A stretch of 51,050 nucleotides of DNA from Anaerolineae bacterium (GTDB lineage: Bacteria > Chloroflexota > JAHJIN01): NCBI GenBank assembly GCA_034435155.1, contig DAOTYG010000346.1, forward strand, positions 1 through 51,050, read 5' to 3'. Of this stretch, positions 1-9,040 are shown piece by piece (the stretch's first letter is position 1; the number at the start of each line of letters is the position of its first letter). Both the position numbers and the translations under genes were made by a program. The notes under the pieces were generated by a model. The model did no database searches, was not told the origin of the DNA, and was given only the letters and a program-made list of their open reading frames with translations.

Positions 1-2
1 GA

Positions 3-1199
3 CAGAAATCAGCCTGGCGAGATGCAGCTCTTATCAAATCCGTGGCAGACATCCCGGTGGTACTGGGTGGCCCCCACCCCACGGTTCTACCAACAGAGTC
101 GGTAGAACGCCCCGAAGTGGACATTGTCGTGCGAGGCGAGGGGGAAACAACCTGGGAGGAATTGTGCCAATGGCGGGCAACCCATGATCAATGGCGAGAG
201 GCAATCTCTGGCCTGCAATCGGTGCCCGGTATTTCATACCAGACTTCCGACGGCCAGGTGTACCATAATCCTGACCGCCCCCTGATCGAGGACCTGGACA
301 GCCTGCCTTTTCCGGCCTACCATCTCTTCAAGATGGACCGCTACACCAATTTGCAGCCCACCGTTGACCACATCGCCGGGCCGAGCTATCCCATCCTCAC
401 CTCCCGGGGCTGCCCCTATCGCTGCACCTATTGCTCCCAGATCGGGCCACGTCGCTGGCGGATGCGCTCGCCGGAGAATGTGGTCGCCGAGTGGCGCTGG
501 CTGGTGCGAGACCTGGGCGCAGCCGAGATTGGGGTTCTGGACGACTCCTTCAATATCAACCGCCAGCGTGTGCTGGACATCTGCGACCTGCTCATCCAGG
601 AGGACCTCACCCATGTGCCCTGGATCATGATCAACGGCATCCGCGCCAACCTGGCGGATAAGGAGCTTCTGGGCCGCATGAGGCAGGCGGGCTGTATCCG
701 CACCGCCTTCGGCGTGGAAAGCGGCAACCAGGAGATATTGGATTCCGTCATTGAGAAGCAACTCACCCTGGAGCAGGTCCGTGCCGCTTTCAGAGCAGCC
801 AGAGAGGTGGGCATGGAGACCATCGGCTTCTTCATGATTGGTCTGCCCGGCGAGACGGAAGAGACCATGGAGGATACCATCCGCTTTGCCATCGAGCTGG
901 ACCCGGTGGTGGCCAACTTTTCCATGGCTACCCCGTTTCCCGGAACCGAGATGAGTCGCATGGTTCAGGAGAGAGGGCGGCTGTTGGCCAAAGACTACGA
1001 CGACTTTGCTTTCTTTGAGAGCCGGGCCAGCTTTGAGATGGACGGGATGCCCGCTGAGCTGGTGGAGCGGAAGTGGAAGGAAGCCTATCGGCGTTTCTAT
1101 CTGCGTCCATCCCGGGTGGTGCGCACCCTGTTGAAAAAGGAGACCTGGCTGGACCTGCCACGCACGGTGCGGGTAGCCTGGCGGACGGTGGTGGGGTGA
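3..1199 (+). CDS. B12-binding-domain radical SAM protein (5' end outside window)
   Basis: Frame open from base 3; GGPHPT and GEGE cobalamin-domain motifs; CxxxCxxC (RGCPYRCTYC); GVESGN and FMIGLPGET motifs. Confidence 0.9.
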   Translation, partial: QKSAWRDAALIKSVADIPVVLGGPHPTVLPTESVERPEVDIVVRGEGETTWEELCQWRATHDQWREAISGLQSVPGISYQTSDGQVYHNPDRPLIEDLDSLPFPAYHLFKMDRYTNLQPTVDHIAGPSYPILTSRGCPYRCTYCSQIGPRRWRMRSPENVVAEWRWLVRDLGAAEIGVLDDSFNINRQRVLDICDLLIQEDLTHVPWIMINGIRANLADKELLGRMRQAGCIRTAFGVESGNQEILDSVIEKQLTLEQVRAAFRAAREVGMETIGFFMIGLPGETEETMEDTIRFAIELDPVVANFSMATPFPGTEMSRMVQERGRLLAKDYDDFAFFESRASFEMDGMPAELVERKWKEAYRRFYLRPSRVVRTLLKKETWLDLPRTVRVAWRTVVG

Positions 1200-1282
1200 T
1201 ACCATCTGTCCACCATAACGTCCCATATGGTCTGACATGGACGGGTTGCGAGTTGGTTTGGAGAAGCCAGAAGAGGTGAACC

Positions 1283-1975
1283 ATGCGCTCAACGCATCCT
1301 GCCGCCGAAACCCTTGCGGTTGAGGCCGAACCCATCGAGCCACAACCGCTGCATATGACCTATGAAGAATTCCTGGCGTGGGCTGGTGAGGACGTCCATG
1401 CCGAATGGGTGAACGGAGAGGTGATTGCCCAGATGCCGCCAAAGGATCCGCATCAAACACTGATCGAGTTCTTGCATCATGTTCTCGGGCTGTTTATCCG
1501 CATCTTCGATCTGGGCCGCCTGCGCCTGGCACCCTTTGAGCTTCGGCTTCGTCCGGACGGCCCCGCCCGTGAACCTGACCTGATGTTTCTGGCCAAAACG
1601 CATCTGGATCGGCTCACGCCGGAACGGGTGGCAGGCCCGCCCGACCTGGTCATCGAGGTCGTCTCGGACGAGAGCCTTTACCGTGACCGGGTGGACAAGT
1701 TTGATGAGTACGAAGCGGCCGGTGTGCCAGAGTACTGGGTGCTGGACAACCGCCCCGGTCAGCAGCGGGCCTGGTTCTATCAACTTGATCGGACGGGCCG
1801 TTATCAACCTGTCCAGCCTGATGCCCAGGGCATCTATCGCTCAGTGGTATTGCCAGGCTTCTGGTTGCGGGTGGAATGGCTGTGGGAAGCACAGCCGGAC
1901 GCACTACGCGCTCTGGGTGAGATCGTTGGGCTGGAACAGTTTGTCGAGGCACTGCGGCGTACGCTCCAGGGTTGA
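1283..1975 (+). CDS. Uma2/DUF820 family PD-(D/E)xK endonuclease-like protein
   Basis: EWVNGEVI..MP...HQ, REPDL, PDLVIEVVS, DK..EY..AGVPEYWVLD motifs; SD gaggtg. Confidence 0.9.
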   Translation: MRSTHPAAETLAVEAEPIEPQPLHMTYEEFLAWAGEDVHAEWVNGEVIAQMPPKDPHQTLIEFLHHVLGLFIRIFDLGRLRLAPFELRLRPDGPAREPDLMFLAKTHLDRLTPERVAGPPDLVIEVVSDESLYRDRVDKFDEYEAAGVPEYWVLDNRPGQQRAWFYQLDRTGRYQPVQPDAQGIYRSVVLPGFWLRVEWLWEAQPDALRALGEIVGLEQFVEALRRTLQG

Positions 1976-2150
1976 TCCGCAAAACCATTTCCGCTCAACC
2001 ACGGCACTGGCTGCCTCGACATTGTTAGATTTGCCATGGCTGCCGACCTCACCTACCACCCGACGGCATTGCCGTCGGCAACCCCTTCCTGCACACGGTA
2101 TAGGGACCCGGCGGCAGGCGTTGGGATGAATTCTCGCCACAGGAGGGTTC

Positions 2151-3092
2151 ATGCAATATCCATCACCCACCAAGATCAGGTGCAGTGTAGGCATCACCGC
2201 CTACAACGAAGAGGCCAACATCGGCCAACTGTTGCAGGCCATGTTGGATCAGCGCCTCTACAGCGTGGAGATCAGTGAAATCATCGTGGTGGCCTCTGGC
2301 TGCGAAGACCGGACGGTGGAGATCGTCCAGGAGTACATGGCCAAAGACCCACGCATCAAACTCATCGTCCAGGAATGTCGGGAGGGCAAAACCTCGGCTG
2401 TCAACCTCTTTCTCCAACAAGCCAAGGAAGACATCTGCGTGCTGGAGAGTGGCGATACTCTGCCCGGCGAAGACAGCATTGAAAAGATGGTCCGCATGTT
2501 TGAGGACCCGCAGGTAGGCATGACCGGAGCGCAGAAGGTGCCCGTCAATGCCCCACAACACATCATCGGCTATCTGTCTCACCTCCGCCTCCGGCTGGAG
2601 CATCAACTGTGCCTGGAGATACCCCGCACCGGGGAACTCATCGCCTTCCGCAAAGTCTTTGACCACATCCCGCCCGATGTGGCGATGGATGAGGCTTTTG
2701 TCGAGGCCCTGATTATCCAACGGGGGATGCAGGTGCGCTATGCCCCTGAGGCGGTCGTCTTCAACATGGGGCCGGAAACCCTGGGCGATTTCGTCCGCCA
2801 GCGCCGTCGCAACTTTGCCGGCCACCTCTACCTGAAAGACAAATACGGCTACAAAGTTTCCAGTCTGGAAAACAGCCGCGTCCTGCGCATCGCCCTGGAG
2901 GAGCTCTGGAGTGCCATCCGCCTGATCTACATGCTGGTCGCTCTGGCTGGCATAGAGGCCTTCTCACGCCTTTTGGGAGCCTACGATTATTACCTTAGAG
3001 GGAGAAAGCATGTGGTTTGGGATATGGCCTGGACAACCAAGCGGGTGGCGAGGCCCCATCCGTCCCCGCTGGAAAGCAGGAGGCCGTCTTGA
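2151..3092 (+). CDS. Glycosyltransferase family 2
   Basis: SVGITAYNEE..I, IIVVASGCEDRT, GK..AVN, RQRRR motifs; SD aggagg. Confidence 0.88.
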   Translation: MQYPSPTKIRCSVGITAYNEEANIGQLLQAMLDQRLYSVEISEIIVVASGCEDRTVEIVQEYMAKDPRIKLIVQECREGKTSAVNLFLQQAKEDICVLESGDTLPGEDSIEKMVRMFEDPQVGMTGAQKVPVNAPQHIIGYLSHLRLRLEHQLCLEIPRTGELIAFRKVFDHIPPDVAMDEAFVEALIIQRGMQVRYAPEAVVFNMGPETLGDFVRQRRRNFAGHLYLKDKYGYKVSSLENSRVLRIALEELWSAIRLIYMLVALAGIEAFSRLLGAYDYYLRGRKHVVWDMAWTTKRVARPHPSPLESRRPS

Positions 3093-4066
3093 GAGTCAGG
3101 CTCTCCACCATCCTCAAGGTGCTCATCAGCCTGGGTCTGATCGCCTACCTCTTCACACGCATCAACCTGGCCGAAGTGAAAAAAGCCCTGGCTGCGGCCC
3201 ATTATGGGTATCTGGCTCTGGCTCTGGCGTTGTACTTTGGGGCTATTGCCCTTAACGTCTATAAGTGGGGCTATCTGCTGCGGGCTCAAAGGCTGAGCGT
3301 GCCTTTCACCAGGCTCTTGAGCCACACTCTTGTGGGCCTCTTCTTCGCCAATCTGCCCCTTTCGCAGGTCACGGGTGACATCGCCCGCGGCGTGGACCTG
3401 GTTCGCCACACCCAGGGACAGGCAGCAGAGGTGGCCGTCTCCGTCTTGATGGACCGACTCGTCGGACTGACCTCTTTCCTTTTCGCCTCCGCGATTACAT
3501 TGGCCTTCGCCGTCTTCTCCCTGGGTCGCACTGACCTGAGCTCTTTGTGGGTGACCGTCTTGTTGACGCTGCTGGCTCTGGCCACTGCCCTGGCCGTATT
3601 GCTCAGCCGCCGCCTGCGAGGGCAGATGGAACAACTCTTCACATGGCGGCCCCTGAGCCGCTTCACAACCCTGTATCAGCATCTGTCAGGGGCGGTGCAA
3701 AGGTATCGGTCCGACACAGGGACGTTAGCCGTGGCCTTTGTGATCGCCTTGTTGGGTGTACTGATGACCAGCGTCGTCAACTTTTTGGCAGCCGAGTCGG
3801 TCCAGGCCGCTATCCCCTTGCTCTGGATTTTCATTTTCAATCCTCTGACTCCTATCGCCCAGTTCATCCCTTCCATCGGGTCAGGGCTGGGAGTCAATCA
3901 GGGCGTCTTCGTGCTGCTGTATAGCGTCATCGGTGAGGTCGCCAGTCAGCCCCAGGCTCTGGCCATGTCGCTGGTGATGCAGGTGATTATCTATATTGCC
4001 AGCCTGCCCGGCGGGGTGCTCTGGTGGCGGACCAGGAAACCCCACGGCGGCCAGGCTTCATCATAG
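3089..4066 (+). CDS. Lysylphosphatidylglycerol synthase TM / UPF0104 flippase-like membrane protein
   Basis: Multi-TM; N-terminal LK..ISLGLIAYL, GD..R, SV..DR..G, IP..GSGLGV.QG motifs; TTG start overlapping GT2 stop, SD caggagg. Confidence 0.8.
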   Translation: MRVRLSTILKVLISLGLIAYLFTRINLAEVKKALAAAHYGYLALALALYFGAIALNVYKWGYLLRAQRLSVPFTRLLSHTLVGLFFANLPLSQVTGDIARGVDLVRHTQGQAAEVAVSVLMDRLVGLTSFLFASAITLAFAVFSLGRTDLSSLWVTVLLTLLALATALAVLLSRRLRGQMEQLFTWRPLSRFTTLYQHLSGAVQRYRSDTGTLAVAFVIALLGVLMTSVVNFLAAESVQAAIPLLWIFIFNPLTPIAQFIPSIGSGLGVNQGVFVLLYSVIGEVASQPQALAMSLVMQVIIYIASLPGGVLWWRTRKPHGGQASS

Positions 4067-4104
4067 TTCGTTCCGGGTGTGCCGACTGAAGGGACGAGGC
4101 GCGC

Positions 4105-4262
4105 CTGGCCCCATTGGCATCAAGCGACTCAAGTCGCACCTCAGGGGCTTACAGCCGGGCGTCCACCGGCGTGGACGCCCCCGTCCGCGCAGGCGGACGG
4201 TCGGGTAGCCGAAGGCAATGCCTTCGGCTACCCGGTGCGATTTCTAATCGCCCGCGCCTTAA
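4105..4262. repeat. REP-like palindrome cluster
   Basis: gcgactcaagtcgc, gggcgtccaccggcgtggacgccc, gggtagccgaaggcaatgccttcggctaccc, gcgatttctaatcgc hairpins. Confidence 0.7.
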
Positions 4263-4697
4263 GTTGACGCCTATGGGGGGTGGGGTGAGGGCGGCCTGAC
4301 CCAGCAGTCCGCCCACCTTGCGCCCGTTCACCAGCACGTCGTTGGGCCATTTCAACCAGGCGGAGAGGTGCGCCACCTGCTCGATGGCCTGGGCGACGGC
4401 GCAGCCGGTGAGCATGAGCAGTCGGTTCATGGCCGTGAGCGGCAGGTCTGGCGGCCGGAACACCAGGGAGAACCACAGGCCCACGCCCGGCGGCGACTCC
4501 CAACGCCGGCCCAGGCGACCCCGGCCGGCCGTCTGCTCCTCGGCGATGACCAGCAGCCCGTCGGCGGCCCCGCGCGAGGCGGCCCGGGCGGCCACCGTGT
4601 TCGTGCTGTCCACCGTGCGCAGGTAGGTGATGTCCTGCCCGATGAGACGGGTGCGGAGGCCCCGGCGGATGAGGGTCGGCGAGAGTTCGTCACGCAT
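4149..4697 (-). pseudogene. birA: Biotin-[acetyl-CoA-carboxylase] ligase, C-terminally truncated
   Basis: VDSTN, AEEQTAGRGRLGRRW, KWPNDVLVNGRKVGGLL and IGVN present; sequence then runs into a palindromic repeat and stops after about 180 aa. Confidence 0.7.
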
Positions 4698-4725
4698 TGG
4701 CTCACCTATCTTTGCCACTAATTTA

Positions 4726-4848
4726 GTAACTGCTGCTCACCCTCCCGCAGGTTCGTGCGTTTTCGCGGCGGCCCAACACGCCCGTGGACGGCGCGCAGAC
4801 AGAAACATGGTTCACAGCAACCTGCGGGAGGGTAGGCTGAGCAATTAC
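4726..4848. mobile_element. MITE family A copy with perfect 8-bp TSD
   Basis: Ends GTAACTGC...GCAATTAC, inner IR CCCTCCCGCAGGTT/AACCTGCGGGAGGG; CTAATTTA at 4718-4725 and 4849-4856. Confidence 0.8.
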
Positions 4849-4867
4849 CTAATTTATTTGTGATGGT

Positions 4868-5130
4868 TTTGCTCGCACCCACGCTCTGCGTGGGTGCGAA
4901 ACGCCGGGTCGCGCGGTCAGGAACGCCTGGCTGTATACCTTACCAACCGAAGGCGGTCTTGCCCCTGCTGCGTGCCCACGCGGAGCGTGGGCACGAGGGG
5001 GAAAGGCGGTCTCGCCCATGCTGCGTGCCCACGCGGAGCGTGGGCACGAGGGGGAACGCGGATGCGCGCAGATTTTCGCGGATCACCCTGTAGATCCGTG
5101 TGTATCTGCGTGAATCTGCGTCCCAATAAA
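4868..5130. repeat. REP/BIME-like cluster (CCCACGC..GCGTGGG family) plus ATCTGCGT tandem units
   Basis: Three gcccacgc.g.gcgtgggc palindromes; related inverted cluster at about 20200-20450. Confidence 0.8.
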
Positions 5131-7707
5131 GGCGCGCTCATCGTCTTCGGTGGATACCAGACCATCGAGCCGGGCGTCCAGCAGGGCCTCCAACACGCGG
5201 CGGTAGATCGGGCTGGGGGGAAGGCCCAGCGACCGCAGGTAGTTGCCGTCCAGGATGGGACGCACGTGCTGCCACTCCTCATGGTAGCGACGCAACCTGT
5301 CCCGCACCAGCTCGTCGTCGCAGGCGACCCAGGTGACAAAGAGGGCCTCAGCCGGATGGGGGCGCAGACGCCGGGCGATCTGGCTGGGCGTCAAATCCAG
5401 GGCTGTCAGGTCTGGTAACGCCAATTGGAGGGTGTGGACGGAATGCAAGACCTGAATATCCCGCGCCTCCGGCCGCAAACGGTCAATCAATCTCTCCAAT
5501 TCTGGAGTGCTCATGCGATATGTGAGCAGGGCCAGATAGGTTTGCACCGGGGTCGGCAAGCCCCACGAACTGGCGACACGTCGAGCCAGGGCAAATCGCT
5601 CCATGAGCCAGTCATCCACCACCAGGGCCGGATGCAGATGGGCCAGCACGCCCAACTCGGCCAGGCGCGCCAGGGCCCGTTCCGGTTCGCGTTCCTCCAG
5701 GATAAGCTCCAACTCATGGCGGATGCGCTTGGGCGAGACCCGCCGTAGCAGCCCCACCGCATCCAGGATCAGCTCCTCCGTCCGCTCCTCGATGCGAAAG
5801 CCCAGGCGTTGCTCGAAACGCACGGCCCGCAGGATGCGGGTGGCGTCCTCGACGAAGCTGAGGTTGTGCAGCACCCGGATAAGCCGTTTGTCCAGGTCCC
5901 GACGGCCACCGTAAAAGTCCACCAACTGCCCAAACCGGGCGCGGTTCAGGCGCAAGGCCATGGTGTTGATGGTAAAATCGCGGCGATAGAGGTCTCGTTT
6001 GATGGAACTGACTTCCACCTGGGGCAGGGCGGTGGGGTGTTCGTAGAACTCGGTGCGGGCGGTGACGAAATCCACGGCCGACGGCAGATCGTTCACGGCG
6101 AATGTCTGGCCGTTCACGGTGATGATTGACGGGGCGGCCGGTCGTTTCTCCGCGATGAGCCATTTGGCCGTGCCGAAACGGGCGTGGGAGCGGACCCGGC
6201 CGCCCAGTTCGGCGGCCAGGGTACGGGCCAGGGCGATGGCGTCGCCCTCTACCACCAGGTCCAGGTCCAGGTTTGGCAGGCCCAGGAGCAGGTCACGCAC
6301 CGGGCCACCCACCAGGTAGACGTTAAAGCCCAACCCATCGGCCACGTGGCCGATATGGCGCAGCAGGGCCACGACCGGGGTCGGGAGCGCGCTACTCATC
6401 TGGGCCGTCAGGTTGGGCGGGGCGGCGGCCGGCGGCTCGATGGAGAGACGGATGACGTCGGTGCGAGTGACGATACCGACGAGCCGGTCGCCGTCCACCA
6501 CCGGGATCTGGCCCACATCGTATTCCATCATCAGGCGGCGGATCTGGCTGACCGAGGCGGTGGGGGGGACCGAGACCGGGCCGGTGCGCATGTAGACGCG
6601 GATGGGGGCGGCACCCAGGTTATGGTAGAGGGCCTTGTCAATCTCGCGGCGGGTGAGGATGCCCAGGAGCGCGCCGCGTTCATCTACCACCGGGAATCCC
6701 TCGTAGCCGAAGCGTTGCATCATCTCGGCGGCCTCGGCCACGGTGGTGTTCGGCGAGAGGGTCTGCACGTTGCGGCTCATCAGTTCGGCGGCGGTGACGG
6801 CCGGGGGCACACAACTGGCCAGCAGTTCCAGCAAACGGTGATAGGTGGTGGTGAGATCAGTATCCCGTTGAAGGGCGGAAGCGGCTTTGGTGTGGCCGCC
6901 GCCGCCCAGCGGTTTCAGGATCGCCGCGACATCAATGGCATCTGTCTGGCTGCGGGCGATGATCTGGAGGTGTTGGTCCAACTGCACCAGCACAAAGCAG
7001 GCGGCCGGGTCGTATAGCTCCATCAATTTGTGGGCCAGGGTGGCCAGCTCCTCCACATAGCCGGCCACCTGGGCCGTGGCGATCAGCACGGTGTGGCCCT
7101 CATAGTCGCGGGTCTCCAGGTGACGTTCCAGGTCCTCGTAGACGGCACGTTGCTGGGGCGTGAGGGGCCGGTACAAAAAGTCGTTGAGCACGTCCAGACT
7201 GGCCCCGTGTTCCAGGAGCCAGGCAGCGGCCTGGAGGTCGCGGGGCGTGGTAGTGCTGTAGCGCAGGCAGCCGGTATCCTCGTAGATGCCCAGGAGCAGG
7301 AGGGTGGCCTCTACCGGGGTGAGGGCGATATGGGCCTCGACCAGGCGTTCCAGGAGCAGGGTGGTGGTGGCACCCACCTCCTCGCCGGTGTACGAGTCGC
7401 CGGGGCGCAGCTCACGCTTGAGGGGGTGGTGATCAATGATCAGCAGGGCTGTGTCGTCGCTCAGACCGCGCAACGGCGGCAGGGATTGGGTGTCCACCAG
7501 GATGGCGCGCTCGATCCGGGCGTGCTTGGGAATGTCACCCGGTTCGATGAAGGGTAGCAGATGGCGATAGAGGGCCAGGAAATCGCGGAGGTTGCGGTTG
7601 AGCATCCCCGGCAAGACCGGTACGGCGCCCGGGTAGAGCCTGGCCGCCGCCAGCATGGCCGCCAGCCCGTCAAAATCGGTATTGGGGTGGGTGACGATGA
7701 TCTCCAC
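5083..7707 (-). CDS. cca: DHH-DHHA1-CBS-containing tRNA nucleotidyltransferase (CCA- or A-adding enzyme)
   Basis: THPNTDFDG and IDHH (DHH), paired CBS domains, VGGPVRDLL, DLDLVV, RRDFTIN, EDATRILRA; probable GTG start 7707. Confidence 0.88.
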   Translation of the reverse strand: MEIIVTHPNTDFDGLAAMLAAARLYPGAVPVLPGMLNRNLRDFLALYRHLLPFIEPGDIPKHARIERAILVDTQSLPPLRGLSDDTALLIIDHHPLKRELRPGDSYTGEEVGATTTLLLERLVEAHIALTPVEATLLLLGIYEDTGCLRYSTTTPRDLQAAAWLLEHGASLDVLNDFLYRPLTPQQRAVYEDLERHLETRDYEGHTVLIATAQVAGYVEELATLAHKLMELYDPAACFVLVQLDQHLQIIARSQTDAIDVAAILKPLGGGGHTKAASALQRDTDLTTTYHRLLELLASCVPPAVTAAELMSRNVQTLSPNTTVAEAAEMMQRFGYEGFPVVDERGALLGILTRREIDKALYHNLGAAPIRVYMRTGPVSVPPTASVSQIRRLMMEYDVGQIPVVDGDRLVGIVTRTDVIRLSIEPPAAAPPNLTAQMSSALPTPVVALLRHIGHVADGLGFNVYLVGGPVRDLLLGLPNLDLDLVVEGDAIALARTLAAELGGRVRSHARFGTAKWLIAEKRPAAPSIITVNGQTFAVNDLPSAVDFVTARTEFYEHPTALPQVEVSSIKRDLYRRDFTINTMALRLNRARFGQLVDFYGGRRDLDKRLIRVLHNLSFVEDATRILRAVRFEQRLGFRIEERTEELILDAVGLLRRVSPKRIRHELELILEEREPERALARLAELGVLAHLHPALVVDDWLMERFALARRVASSWGLPTPVQTYLALLTYRMSTPELERLIDRLRPEARDIQVLHSVHTLQLALPDLTALDLTPSQIARRLRPHPAEALFVTWVACDDELVRDRLRRYHEEWQHVRPILDGNYLRSLGLPPSPIYRRVLEALLDARLDGLVSTEDDERAFIGTQIHADTHGSTG

Positions 7708-7749
7708 GCGGTTACCTGCCGACAGTTTCCGGCTGCCATCTCGTGAATA

Positions 7750-7925
7750 GCTCACTGCTCGCGGCGGCGATCGTTGACCCGCCGCCGGCGCGGGGTGGCA
7801 CACCCCGCGCGAGCATAGAGGGTGACCCGCCGCCGGCGCGGGGTGGCATATCCGGCGCGAGCACGGTTGCGCAGCATATTTTCATCCTATGGGGTGCGCC
7901 CCGCGCGCCAGCCGGAGCTGGGTGG
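7750..7925. repeat. GC-rich repeat family (CCGCCGCCGGCGCGGGGTGGCA) tandem copies
   Basis: Two direct copies at about 7777 and 7826; inverted copy at about 20103-20180. Confidence 0.75.
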
Positions 7926-7936
7926 GAAACTCTCGT

Positions 7937-8929
7937 TCAGTTGCGTCGGCGCACCACATAGCTGGCCAGTTCGTGGAGCGAATGGCAGTGCTGGCTGTCG
8001 GCCAGGGTCGCCAGGGCAACCTGGGCCTCACGAGCAAAGGTTGCGGCTTCCTGATAGCTCTTTTCAATGGCGGCTGAGGCCGCGATGGCCGCCACGGCCT
8101 CGGCCAGTTGGCGTTCCTTTTCTGGCCCTGGAGCCTCGATGCCGCGATCCAGGTAGCGACGCACCGGGTTATCGGCTGGCGCGTCGGCCAGATAATATAG
8201 GGTGGGCAGGGTCACCGTGCCCTGGCGCAGGTCACTGCCCACTGGTTTGCCCAGTTCCTGGCAGGTACTGGTGAAATCCAGGATGTCGTCCACGATCTGG
8301 AAGGCCAGCCCCAGCTTGTGGCCGTATTCCCGCAGGGTTTCTTGCGCGGCCTGCGGTGCGCCCACGAGCAGAGCACCGCCCTCGGTCGCCAGGATAAAGA
8401 GGGCGGCTGTCTTGCTATAGATCTTTTGGTAATAGGCGGCCTTGCTTTGTCGCCAGTCTCGATTGCTGAACGCCTGGCGCAACTCGCCGCCGCAGATGGT
8501 CTCCAGGGTGCGGGCATAGAGGAGGGTGAGGGGGGTGTTTTCCACCCCGGCCCCCAGCACTGCCGACCGGGCGAATAGATAGTCTCCCACCAGGACGACC
8601 AGGCCGGCGGGCAAGATGGTATTGAGAGTCGGCTGACCGCGCCGCAATTCGGCTCTGTCCACCATATCATCGTGAATGAGGGTGGCTGTATGGAGTAACT
8701 CGGTGCCGGTGGCAAAGCGGATCGCCTTGTCCCGGTCAAAGTCGCCATCAGCCGCCACATGCACGGCCAGGAGGGCCAGCGCCGGGCGGATGCGCTTGCC
8801 CCCGGCCCGGAGCAGATGGTTCAACGCCGTGTTTAACCCGGCATAAGGGGTCGCGGCCTCCGCCAGCAGGCGCGCTTCTACCTGAGCCAGTTCGTCTTGG
8901 ATCGGGTGCAAGATTGTTTGGATATCCAA
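7937..8929 (-). CDS. Polyprenyl diphosphate synthase (HepT/IspB-like)
   Basis: GGKRIRP, HDDMVD..ELRRG (FARM), FQIVDDILD (SARM), GSDLRQG..TLP; TTG start 8929. Confidence 0.92.
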   Translation of the reverse strand: MDIQTILHPIQDELAQVEARLLAEAATPYAGLNTALNHLLRAGGKRIRPALALLAVHVAADGDFDRDKAIRFATGTELLHTATLIHDDMVDRAELRRGQPTLNTILPAGLVVLVGDYLFARSAVLGAGVENTPLTLLYARTLETICGGELRQAFSNRDWRQSKAAYYQKIYSKTAALFILATEGGALLVGAPQAAQETLREYGHKLGLAFQIVDDILDFTSTCQELGKPVGSDLRQGTVTLPTLYYLADAPADNPVRRYLDRGIEAPGPEKERQLAEAVAAIAASAAIEKSYQEAATFAREAQVALATLADSQHCHSLHELASYVVRRRN

Positions 8930-8944
8930 GATAGTTCCCTTGCG

Positions 8945-9035
8945 ATTGGATAATGGATGAGGGATGATGGAAGATGGAAGATGGATGATGGAAGATGGAT
9001 GATGGATGATGGATGATGGATGATGGATGATGGAG
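8945..9035. repeat. Heptanucleotide tandem repeat (GATGGAW), 13 units
   Basis: attggat aatggat gagggat, then 10 GATGGA(T/A/G) units ending in the SD of the regulator. Confidence 0.95.
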
Positions 9036-9040
9036 GGCTT

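Noticed and set aside
8945-9035. Possible CRISPR array (also considered for the repeat clusters at 4868, 7750 and 20103)
   Set aside because: No regularly spaced 23-47-bp repeats with unique spacers and no cas genes
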